DNA of 64,000 nucleotides from assembly GCA_002633005.1 (NCBI GenBank), contig NMRA01000241.1, positions 504,277-568,276 of the forward strand. Reading direction: 5' to 3'. The notes beneath the pieces are model-generated. The model searched no databases. It was not told where the DNA came from and saw only the letters and a program-made list of their open reading frames with translations. This document shows positions 52,344-64,000 of the stretch, one piece after another. How positions within the stretch are numbered: the first letter of the stretch is position 1; each line of letters begins with the position of its first letter. The DNA comes from Phoronis australis (lineage: Eukaryota > Animalia > Phoronida). The translations under genes were made by a program, and so were the position numbers.

Positions 52344-54101
52344 CTACAAACATTAAGGACAATGACCAGTTATTATCAATATTCAAAATTTATCAGACAC
52401 TCAGCTTTATTTTTGAACATTTGAAAGGAGATGCACCATTAAATACTAGTAAAACAAGATGACAGAAACATCCCCTTAACAGGGGATTCATTGACAGGTA
52501 CTCAAAGAGTTGCCCAGTTACTATTAACAGGTGCTCAGGGGGTGCATTCACTCAGGTTACTTATTATAACAAGTGTTTGAACTGTTCTGGTAAGCATTCA
52601 CTGACGTAAACTAACAGTTGTGAATTTGCATACGGTAATTCTCCACTTATTTTGCATATCAAGAATTACCAAAATTGTCATTTTCAAAGACTGATTACTG
52701 TCCTATAAACCATTGAAACCACTGTCATGTAAACAACGGATTACTGTCAGGGTCTACTGTACTGTAAACCATGGATTACTGTCAAGACCTACTGTACTGT
52801 GAACCACATATTACTGTCAGGGCAGCTATATTGTACTGTAAACCATTGATTACTGTCACGGCACACTGTACTGAAAACCATTGAAAATTTGTCAAAAGTT
52901 GTTTTATGACATCTACACCATACAAACCGTGCTAATGATTTCTAATTTTGTAGTGAAATATGCTAAAATAGAATTTCATTTGTGAGCCATATCATGTATT
53001 TTAAGTGCATTACCCAAGGCTGTAATTTACAGATGGCTTAATTTTCCATGATTTTAAATTCCTTGTTTGTTTTCCGAACTTGACACAGGTGAGTCAAATT
53101 GCACACAGCGAGGACAGTGGATCACACAAGTGAGCCATATTACACACAGCAATATGGTGTGTCACACAGGTGAGCCATATTACACATGCAGCAATACAGT
53201 GAGTCACACAGTTGAGCCATATTACACATAATGCGTTGAGTTAAAACAACTTGTAAAGTTGGCCCATCAGTGCTCCCCCAGGGGCAGCGATGGTGACCTT
53301 TATGGCTAACTTGTCAACTGCTTGTTGTCGTGGGGAACTCAGGTTTATAACTTTCGAGTGAAAATATACTGAAAACCAGAAAGCCCAGCAACTTTAGACT
53401 TACCTGTCAATAAACTATGCCCTTTTAAGCTTGCATTTAAGTTAAATTAAGCCCTATTACAGCACTCAACACGGGCGGAAATGTCTGCTCGGAAATACAA
53501 GTGACAACACATAATGTCATTTGCACTCGTATTCCGTATTTTGGGCTCATAGAAATGGTGACCAAAACAAACTCAATTTTCTACTCACGTTTTACATTTC
53601 CTCTTGTATTTTGAGCATTTAATAAAACTTGCTTATGCCCAGTCCAATTACCAGTGAGGACACATGCTGAAAATCATCCGTTCACAACCACGTTCTACAT
53701 TTTCTTACGGTCAAAGTCGCAACTTTTTTGGTCATGCAGCCACGACCTGTAACTTGAATATTTAAGACAAAAAATATTTAGGGAGATAATTGCAGTTTTG
53801 TCAGTATATTAATTATACCCAATCATAATATTCACATGTAACTGTTCCCACCCCAATACTTAATTTGTTTATCAATTCAGTGACAGGAACCCAGGCCATG
53901 AAGACCTCCCAAATGCAAGTGGATACTTTAAGTTTGCTCATAGTCAACAAATAAAACCATGAATCTGTAATTCAATCATATATAGATATTATTAGATACG
54001 ATACACAGGTTCAGCACATGGACTCTCTAGTCCTAGACTGCCTAATCTTGACTTAGAACAGTTTAAGCCTACCTCATGTCAAGACAAATTTTAAAGCCCA
54101 C

Positions 54102-54132
54102 CTGAAGTTTTTGAAGACAAATATGTGTTCAT
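54102..54132 (-). CDS. Possible first coding exon of the uncharacterised gene
   Basis: MNTYLSSKTS-G|gtgggc gives the required phase 1; alternatives not excluded. Confidence 0.35.
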
Positions 54133-55739
54133 CTTCTTTTTCGTTTACAGAATTCTTCTAGTTCTACAGAGTGCAGACCAACTACAGTTAATTTACAATT
54201 TGATAGGTGTGGTTCGGTTGTGATGTGAAAACATGGCAAGTCGGGACAAGTCGTCCTCAAGACAACAAGTGTGTTTTTGAAAGTCTGGCAGCGCCAGTGG
54301 TCAACAGGTTCAAGTTCAATGACGCTAGGACCTCGCTATATTGGGGAAAATTGCGTTTCACGGTTTAACAACCTTGTAAAGCGTGTCTGGGTGACTTGGT
54401 GACATCAGACACTAGCCACAGGCGTCATCAGCTGTGTATTGGGGACGATCAGAAGCTGAGGACGCCTGTGACACTAGCCAGGTCCACCGTCACTAACCCA
54501 TCGCCTTCGTCGGGTGACAAATTGGGTGGCTCATGCCAAGTTTTGCTTTTTCTGACTTACCCTTTGATGCTCGTAAAAAACTTCTCTGTGCTTTGCCTGG
54601 AAGAACACCAACATTTTTACGACCAAATATATTCATTTTGAACAGGTTATAAAAACTAAACTAGAAAAGAAACAATTGAACTCTGTTTACAAGATTTAAA
54701 TTTAGTTCCCCCATCATGCATTAATGCTCGCGAGAAATTGAGAGATCAATAAACACAACAAAAGAACAATCACTTGCCGCAGAATTTGGCAGCTTGAGTA
54801 CTGAGAGTTCACTGAACGCTAGGAACTCGCCAGAAAAGCAAGACTTCAAGAGATTACGCGACAATCTGCTGAATTTTCAAAGAGATCACTTGATTTTGGC
54901 AAGATTTTTCTCGCCGCGAGAAGCCTATTAAATTCTACCCTAGAGCGCAAGGCGCACTCGCGGCTGAGTCTCAGAGTCGTTACGGTTGGTTCAGCTGAAA
55001 TTGCACTCGATCGTAAATAAGGCATGTAAAGACACTACCGTAAATAAGGCATGTAAAGACACTACCGTAAAATGTGCAAACGTTATAAAACCTTAATAGC
55101 GAGCTCTTGTAATTCACGGCGAGTGTAAAACACAAGCGCACTGTGCCATTCCAGCGATTGGTTATGGAAGTCGAGCGGACGCTTTTCTCAGACCCTGCCC
55201 ATCATGAGAAAATAGTCAATTTTGGAAAGGGCTGACTGCAGCTCTAGTGGTGACCTCGAATCCAGTTCGAGGGGTACCCCCATAGCCAGATACTGACAGG
55301 CGTCTGACAAAACAGTGTGATATTTCAAAGCCGTTATGGTGTCCAGCTTAATTTTCTCGTCACAAGCCAGTGCAGAACGAGTCATCCACGGCATTTTGGA
55401 ATTCATTTTTCTATGGCCGGAATAGTATTAGTCTTGCCTTAATTATTGGCCGCAAAAGAACTTTACAAACCCAGCCTACAATGGTGTTCGTGACATATAG
55501 GACGAGTTTCATCAGGTGAAAGATCAACAAATGCGGCGGCCATCATTTAGGTGGTGGTACACTACCAAAAGTAAAAATGAAACTAAAAATTCTTGTCGAA
55601 TTCAGTCAATCGAAAATATTTGGAGTTATGTGGCTAGTTTTGATTGATCTAACTTGCAATAAAATCTGTTTTACTAATTTTTTAACAAAAATGAAGGGCA
55701 AAGAGTATCTCTAATTAGTGTTTCATTTCCACTTGCAAT

Positions 55740-58700
55740 TGTAACGGGAATCGGTGGAGCGACCAGCACCGATCTTCCTAGTTTCTAAAATGTCGACTGT
55801 TCGTAGCCGATAAAAATATTTGCAGCGTTGTGTACTTTTTCACTCGTTCGAATCGCATACGAGAGAACCATGGTGACAACTTATAGAGAGTGAAACAAGA
55901 GTGAAGTAGATAAATATACTGAATTTTATTATGCGATATATATGAAACACAGATCTACAAACTTACAACTCATCGCTAACTTCCGTCGTCATCGTAGCTT
56001 TAACTTTTAGCCCAAAGAATTTATAAACAAGAAGACTTCGATAAAAACGTCAAAGTCCAAATTTAAAAGGCCCAAACAGTTAGGTTGTTTGGTTGGGATT
56101 CCTTGCGGATAGAGTCGAGACCCGGCAGAATCCCAAGTTTTAGCGTGAGGGGCCCATTTTTATAGGCGTATTCGCACCGCGAATGTTCCAAATTACGCTA
56201 AAATAGGGGTCTCAAGATAAATGTGAAAACCAATCAGAATAGAACTAAAAATTTCGTCATCGGAAGTTCCATATAAGGACTTGACCATCTTACACCCCTT
56301 TAAAATATAGTACTAACACACTCTAGCTTCTGAGACTAAACTGACGACTCGTCCTCACTCACGGCTCCACCAATAGACGGCGCTCCCGTCACACTCCCCC
56401 TTTCTCAGATCTAAGGTACACTGTACATAGATGCAAGTCGTGAGTGAAACAAAAATAAAACTAAAATAAAAAGAATACAGCTAGTTACCAAACACCTAAC
56501 TCGTGCACACTACATAATACACGGAATATGCCAAACATAACAATCTATTTCATACGCAATCAACTTAGTATTATGTAAAAACGGATCTAACAACTCTAAC
56601 AACTGTGACAGTAAGTGATCCTACCACAATGATATAAAAAAAAACTAGGCTAGCATTGCATGGCACACAGACCGGTTGTGTGGCCGTACAACAAAAATCA
56701 TACAAAAAGAACATTTATACCAAACTCAATCTCAACTATCTATATGGCATCTGGGACGTCTGTGCTTTCCTCCAGACATCATCGAAAGCCATAGTCTCGT
56801 CCTCCAGGACCCTGCAAAAGATCGAGTCAATTCTAGTTGAATCTCACTGGCTTCCGTATAATACGACCCCTCCTGTCGGTCTTCGTGTTCTCAGTCGCTG
56901 GTGGCGGAGTATCCCCCCGACCCGAGTGATCCTCGTCCACATTCGATGGTGCAGAATCACCGGGTGCCGCGTTCTGGACATCCGAGGGATTCTCGTCCAC
57001 GATCGGTGGTGCAGAATCCCAGGGAACCAAGCCCTCCTGTGAACAGGCCTTTAAATGGTCTACGTGAACCACAATTGCACGAGCGCCAGGTCCTTCTTGA
57101 ATTCTGTAAAGGTATAGTCACTTACCTTTGCAAGAACCAAATAGGGGCCCCGCCAACCCAATCCCAATTTCTGTTGAGCAGTGGGTGGGTACCACCTATA
57201 AACAAAACTACCCTCCTCAAATTACCAAACACCTAATTCGTGCACACTACATAATACACGGAATGTGCCAAACATAACAATCTATTTCATACGCAATCAA
57301 CTGAGTATTATGTAAAAACGGATCTAACAACTCTAACAACTGTCACAGTAAGTGATCCTACAACAATGATATAAAAAAACTAGGCTAGTATAGCATGGCA
57401 CACAGACCGGTTGTGTGGCCGTACAAAAAAAAACATCCAAAAAGAACATTTATACCAAACTCAATCTTAACTATCTATATGGCATCTGGGACGTCTGCTT
57501 TCCTCCGCGGCAGCAATCCGAGCCCAATATTGACGGTTAACAACCACCGTGGTTCCAACGGTCCTGTGGCCTTTCTTTTTAACATGTCGGTTGACTTGAC
57601 GCCGTCGTTGGTGTCGAAACCCACAAGAGCTGCATACGAAAATCGTTTTGTTGTCTGGTTGAATCTCACTGGCTTCCGTATAATACGACCCCTCCTGTCG
57701 GTCCTCGTGTTCTCAGTCGCTGGTGGCGGAGTATCCTCCCGACCCGAGTGCCGATCCTCGTCCACATTCGATGGTGCAGAATCACCGGGTGCCGCGTTTT
57801 GGANNNNNNNNNNNNNNNNNNNNNNNNNNNNNNNNNNNNNNNNNNNNNNNNNNNNNNNNNNNNNNNNNNNNNNNNNNNNNNNNNNNNNNNNNNNNNNNNN
57901 NNNNNNNNNNNNNNNNNNNNNNNNNNNNNNNNNNNNNNNNNNNNNNNNNNNNNNNNNNNNNNNNNNNNNNNNNNNNNNNNNNNNNNNNNNNNNNNNNNNN
58001 NNNNNNNNNNNNNNNNNNNNNNNNNNNNNNNNNNNNNNNNNNNNNNNNNNNNNNNNNNNNNNNNNNNNNNNNNNNNNNNNNNNNNNNNNNNNNNNNNNNN
58101 NNNNNNNNNNNNNNNNNNNNNNNNNNNNNNNNNNNNNNNNNNNNNNNNNNNNNNNNNNNNNNNNNNNNNNNNNNNNNNNNNNNNNNNNNNNNNNNNNNNN
58201 NNNNNNNNNNNNNNNNNNNNNNNNNNNNNNNNNNNNNNNNNNNNNNNNNNNNNNNNNNNNNNNNNNNNNNNNNNNNNNNNNNNNNNNNNNNNNNNNNNNN
58301 NNNNNNNNNNNNNNNNNNNNNNNNNNNNNNNNNNNNNNNNNNNNNNNNNNNNNNNNNNNNNNNNNNNNNNNNNNNNNNNNNNNNNNNNNNNNNNNNNNNN
58401 NNNNNNNNNNNNNNNNNNNNNNNNNNNNNNNNNNNNNNNNNNNNNNNNNNNNNNNNNNNNNNNNNNNNNNNNNNNNNNNNNNNNNNNNNNNNNNNNNNNN
58501 NNNNNNNNNNNNNNNNNNNNNNNNNNGCCGTACGACTGTCATGCAAAGCCTTCATAATTTCACTTCGCAGAACTTGCGGAACCACTACCACTAGTTGATC
58601 TCTAAGACCATCACTATCGACCCATCGTCGATATAAAACACCATCTCTAAACTCAAGCAAATTCCATTCACTCATTAAACGTTTGGTTAATCTATCATAA

Positions 58701-59841
58701 CCACCGATTTCATCAAAAGAGGGTTTTCCTACCGAAGCCTCTTTTCTTAAAACAACGGGACCAATGACCGAATCATCGAGTTGAAACTTGCGCAGCTCCT
58801 CTGAACTCCAAGTTGGCAACCAAACACTAGAATCACAGGATTCACTACTAACCTTACGTTTCCTGCATTTCGGCACAGCCGCCGCTACAAAACAACAATT
58901 TGCGCATTGTCGGCAATCTTCACGCTGACAACATCGCCGGGGTTTCCTAGAAAGACCATCAGCGCTCCCGTGAAGACTCCCCTTACGATGTTTGATTTCA
59001 AAATCATAAGTGTCCAAAATAGCAATCCATCTCGCTACCATATCAGTAGGTTCCTTAAAGTTTCTTAGCCACCTTAAAGAACTATGATCAGACCTCACTG
59101 TAAATTTTCTACCCCACAAATAATGACGAAAATGTTTTACAAACGTCACCACGGCCAATAATTCACGATAGGTAGTACAATACCCTTGCTGAGATTTAGA
59201 CAAAGTTTTGGTGGCATAAGCTAGAACTTTCTCCTCACCATTCTGTACCTGAGACAAAACACCTGAGATGCCAAAGGCACTCGCGTCCGTGTCTAAAATG
59301 AACTCACCACCGTCACGGTCGGGAAATGACAAAATAGGATGATCAGTCAACGCATCCTTCAACCTAATAAAAGACTCCTCAAACGAGTCATCCCATACGA
59401 ATTTACGATTTTTCCTCGTCAGTGCCGTCAACGGAGCAGCGATCGTAGAAGTCGGGAATGAACTTTCTATAGTACGAGGCAAACCCAAGAAAACTCCGTA
59501 CATCGGTGACACCTATTGGACGAGACCAACACTCGACCGCCTCAACTTTCGTGGGATCACAAGCTATACCATCTGTCGTAACTACGTGCCCTAAAAAATT
59601 AACTTTACGTTTAAACAGAGTGCACTTTCTAGGCTTCAGCCTCAAACCAGCGTTACGTAAACGAATGAAAACTTGTTCTAAATCGGATAACGCGCCATCA
59701 AACGTTTTAGCATAACACAAGACGTCGTCTATGTACACTAAACACTTATTCCATAATAAACCCTTTAAAACATTCTCCATCAGTCGCTCAAACGAGCCGA
59801 CTGCATTACAAAGACCAAACGGTAAGACCTTGAATGCCCAC
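55740..59841 (-). mobile_element. Ty3/Gypsy LTR retrotransposon, 3' half (5' part lost at contig junction n59842)
   Basis: 3' LTR 55740-56393 (TGTAACGGGA..TCCCGTCACA), PPT 56394-56404, RT CLVYIDD, RNase H LDTDAS, integrase Zn finger running into the N gap. Confidence 0.92.
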
Positions 59842-60119
59842 NTAGGCCCCAACGAAGAAGGTTTGCAGGCGATGGTAACACGTCGTAAACCGAGCGAAGT
59901 AAAAACTGGACACGCATCGAAATAAATTGAATTTATAAATTAAGGTTTACCAACTATTATAGCTTAAAACACGTTTTTTCACGCTAAGCTTCGACCGGGA
60001 AATTATCGTCTGCTAAAGTAGGTTACCACTCGGGCGATAATTCTCCAAAATCCACTCGGGCTCTAGATAACGGGGGATAACGACTTCGCCATGTAATAAT
60101 CTATATATATTTTCAGATT

Positions 60120-60792
60120 ATCATGTCTCAGACTCATACGAGGAAAACGGATCGAGGCGCTGATGAAGATGTGTTAACATCATATAAATATACTTTACAC
60201 AATTTCGTAAAGATCCTGCGAACGGTTTAGGAGATACAGTTATAGGGGCAAAAAAAAAAACTGCCACTAGGAGGCGCCACAGTAGTCGAAATCGTCGGAA
60301 AATCATCGTCAACCGTCCTCTACATAGAAAGCATATACATGCCAATTTTCACAATCATCCTTTGAGCGGTTTGGTTGATAGAGGGGTGGACGCACAAAAA
60401 CAGACTCGAAAACACTAAAAATGGCCACTAGGTGGCGCAAACTATGTCTAGTCCATCTGAAAACTTGGGGATAGCGTCATCTCACTAATACGTGCCTACA
60501 TACCAAATTTCATGAAAATCCGTTCAGGACTTTTGTAGATACAAAGGTAAGCGTAAAAAACTAAAATTGCCACTAGGGGCACACCGGTAGTCTGATCCGT
60601 CCGAAAATTCGCACATGCCGTCCCATTCATGAATGGAACATATGTGCCAAATTTCATGAACGTATGTCAAAGGGTTTTGGAGATAAAGCAACGGACGCCG
60701 GACGGACGCCGCCCAGACGGACGCCGCCCAGACGGACGGACGGACGGAGATGACGGCATAATGCGTCCACATATAAATATGTGGGCGCATAA
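60120..60792 (+). mobile_element. Helentron-associated (HINE/DINE-1-like) element
   Basis: Internal ccactagg repeats, (GGAC)n microsatellite, terminal hairpin atgcgtccacatat/atatgtgggcgcat at 60761-60790. Confidence 0.6.
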
Positions 60793-62289
60793 CAAGAATA
60801 TTATCTCTTTTGAAGATGGTTACTATGAGTTGTTTGTAAGGAATTCCCACTATATGTAGAAAACTGCTGTCTAAGCTACTATTTGTGATGACCGTATACA
60901 TGTCGAAAGGTGGTACTCAAAGAACTCTCGCAATCAAACAAAGATATCAGCGTTTTTTTTGTAAGTGGAGTTCACTTAAGTTTACCTCCTGAACCGTTAT
61001 AGGTACCTCTGAAATGAGCAAAAATACACCTTAATACGAATGCCCCATCTCCCATATTTCCCCGGTTACCCGTGTTAAAAATCTGCGAGCATGCCTGCGG
61101 AAATTGCTTATAACATTCCGTTTTGATAAACAAATTCGTTGATTTCTGATTTACTTGTTTATGTATCTACGAAAATCGACTGTTTCATAGATGATCTTTG
61201 ACAATTAGAAGCTAATTTTGTAAAAATTGATGATGTTCAGTAAATTTAGTTGCAGCCTGAAGTTGAAAAAACTCTATAATTCCGATCCCCAAATAGTAAA
61301 GTACACTTAGACGATATTTTCCTAAGAAAGCTCAAAGATATTGATGAAATTCGGAATCACAAACCGTAGATCGAAAAACGTTTTAAAAGTCTTAAAATAA
61401 ATAAAATTCAACTCATTGTTTGGAAAGGTTGTCTTTGCACTTCCTTGGTGTTTTTAGTTTCCAGTAGTATTACGCAATGAATTTTTGTTCTTCAAAACTG
61501 AATTTTTGCTTGCCCCGATTCCCGTGCACGCCATGGCTGCCGCAGAATCTCAGTGATCCACGGGAACTGAACTCCAGGCGTTGAAGTGAGTACTTTAGGA
61601 CACACTAGCTGTATCATTTTCCCCACAAAACAGAGATTGGACTGCCGGTCTTGTTTCAACGAGGGATTTTAAAACATCCCCAAAGGCACTATATACCAGG
61701 GACCTCGGGACCTAACCTTTTCAAAAAAATTCCTTCAAAGAATGACAATAATAAAGTAAAGTTTTCCCGAAACTGGATCACAATAAAGCGAATCTTGACC
61801 CTAGAGCGAGCGCAGACGGATATGTACGCGCTAAGCTGCCTGTCTCAAGGTGACTAGCAACTAGCTTTAGTTTATCGGGAATTTCAGCTACCAGGGGCGG
61901 ATCGAGGATTTTGAGTTTGGGGGGGCACGGCAGAGTATTAGCCAGGATTTCGCCCGTCAGGCATTCGCAACCCCGTACCATGCGCGTACCCATTTGGCGA
62001 AGTGGGCAAAAAGGTCCGCCTCAGAGAAACCCATAGTCCGAGAAAATGTGACATAAGTGCACTAAAAAAGATGCAGACGCTCAGTTCTGAAGGTGGTACC
62101 CCGTCTTTTTGTAGTCCTCCCAATATTTTGTCAGCAAAAGGTCCACATCGACAGAAATTCGAGCCCCCCATTTTCAAGGCTGGGTTCGCGCATGCCGTTC
62201 TGCCAAATGGAATCTTGGAAAATTTTAGGGGGGCCGTGGCACTATCATGCTTTATTAATATTTAGTTTTATTGATATATTGTTAAACTC

Positions 62290-63715
62290 ACGAAAACAAC
62301 AACGGTTTTAAAACTTGACATGTTTCGGTGTCATTTATTAAACACCATCCTCAGAAGTCCTAATACAGTGGCCACCTAGCAGGCCCAGCAACAAGTAATG
62401 AAGCACAGATACAGTCAGTTACAGGGAGTGACAATGAACTAGACCAACAATGACAACCTGTGGTGTGTCAGTTGCCTATTGAGATTGGGCTTGCACCAAC
62501 TGATATGTAAAGCCTCAGGAATTTTAAGCTCCTTTGTTGTTACTGCCTGGTCTATTATTGCAAAGTCATTGAAAGAGCACTGCTGATAACAATGATTGGA
62601 GCTCTGCAGGTGAATATTTACATGTGAATTACTGTCAGAATTTAGATGTTCCTTGGTCCTGGTTTTCAAATGGCGAACAGTTTCGCCTATATAACTGGAG
62701 CCACATCCAGCACAGATAAATTTGTATACTACCTTGGACCGTAGACCCATAGAAATTTTGTCCTTAGGGTTAAATAAACTCGACAGTTTTAGAGACTTGA
62801 ATGTTAATACAACTCTTAAGTTCACACAGTAATCATTCACCAATTTGTTGAGTTTTCGTTGTGCAATTTTGGCGTAAAACCCAACATAGGGTATTTTAAA
62901 GTACTTGTAGTTAGTTTTGTCTACAGGATGAACATCATCAGGGTTACGTTGGAGTCTTGCTTTCAGTACCCTATTGACTAATTCTAGGGGATAGCCATTC
63001 TTTTGCAAATTCGTTGTAAGTTCTTCGATATTAGAATCAAATCTAGCCCAAGTGTTGTTAATGCGATATATCCTGTCTATTAGAGTTTTAATGAGACCTA
63101 CTTTATAAACAAAGGATGTGAAGCTATGAAAACAAGTGTACAGTCCTGTGTAGGTCTTCTTATGAAAAACTGATGTTATCACTGAGGTACCCTCACGTTC
63201 TACTAACGCGTCCAGAAATGGCAAAATGTTATCGACCTCTAATTCTACACTGAATTTCAAATTAGGATGCCTCGAGTTCAAATACACCACGAAAAATTCC
63301 TGGGCTGACTGCTGATTTTCAAATATACAAAACACATCTACATATCGTCGATACAAATAGATGTGAGGACCAGTGTATGTTTCAATCCATGTTTTCTCAT
63401 GGTGACCTAAAAACATGCCAGCTAGTATGGGAGCCAAAGGTGAACCCATTGCTATACCATCAATTTGGTTAAAAACCTCCCCATCAAATACAAAATGGGT
63501 TTTGCTGGTAGCAAATTTGAATAGCTCCATGAGTTCAGCTCGAGTAATCTTTACACTGGGATTGTTTTTCATTATATAGTCAGTAGCCAAAGATATACAT
63601 TCGTCCACAGGTAGGTTAGTAAACAAACTCACAATGTCAAAAGAAGCCATGAATCGATTCCTGAGAACTTGACCCCTAACCTCAGAAACAAAAGAGAATG
63701 TATCGATGCTATGCT
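62290..63715 (-). mobile_element. Penelope-like retroelement (RT + GIY-YIG), 5'-truncated
   Basis: ORF 63650-62439: SFDIVSLFTN, GIAMGSPLAP, RYVD (second Asp lost), VVYKFICAGCGSSYIGET..RTKEH. Confidence 0.93.
62311..62360 (-). ncRNA. Minimal type I hammerhead ribozyme in the Penelope 3' region
   Basis: GGACUU-CUGAGGA-U-GGUGUU-loop-GACACC-GAAA-CAU-GUC-AAGUUU: stems I and II, conserved core, palindromic stem III. Confidence 0.82.
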
Positions 63716-64000
63716 ACCCATTTCATGAATGGAAAATTCCCAACTAAGGTCTTTGATGACAGGTTCATGTATGTAGCGCGCGCGCTTCCTAGCCACGTGC
63801 GTTTAACACCGAGTTATTTTTATTCATGAGACAGTCGATGTGTCTACCGAAAGGCCCGGTCAGACCATAGAGTGGGACACGGTCGTCGCGAGAGAGTAGC
63901 AACGCTGTTGCGTTCTTTTTGAAGCGCTGCGTTACTTTGAAGTGTAAAGTCACGGCTAAATACAAACGTAGCAGTGCCGCTGGTGGTCTAGAAGACCCGT

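Noticed and set aside
57395-58598. Long ORFs of 269-399 aa
   Set aside because: They run through the ~720-bp N gap, and the plus-strand ones are antisense to Gypsy pol.

Overview
Eukaryotic (metazoan, probably lophotrochozoan/mollusc-like; inference from repeat content) genomic DNA with spliced genes and many transposon relics. It holds the last six exons of an ABCB1/P-glycoprotein gene (+, 456-7196), a complete 10-coding-exon NSUN6 gene (-, 28184-12360, 459 aa, one GC-AG intron), a complete 9-exon ARPC2 gene (+, 30399-40187, 300 aa) head-to-head with NSUN6, and an unidentified ~881-aa disordered protein gene (-, ~54132-45642) with CtBP-, PP1- and D-box-like motifs. Mobile elements: a full-length decayed Mag-type Gypsy element in an NSUN6 intron, a second partial Gypsy, two internally deleted TTAA-targeting Kolobok-like transposons with convergent THAP and P2X7-C-terminal-like ORFs, a Penelope element with a minimal hammerhead ribozyme, a palindromic element with two back-to-back tRNA-like units, and several MITE/Helentron-like repeats and minisatellites. 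The most unusual pattern is that tandem duplications repeatedly originate at exon/intron boundaries (six sites in three conserved genes), multiplying splice sites. Two of these could give in-frame protein insertions. All calls come from manual reading; no searches were run.
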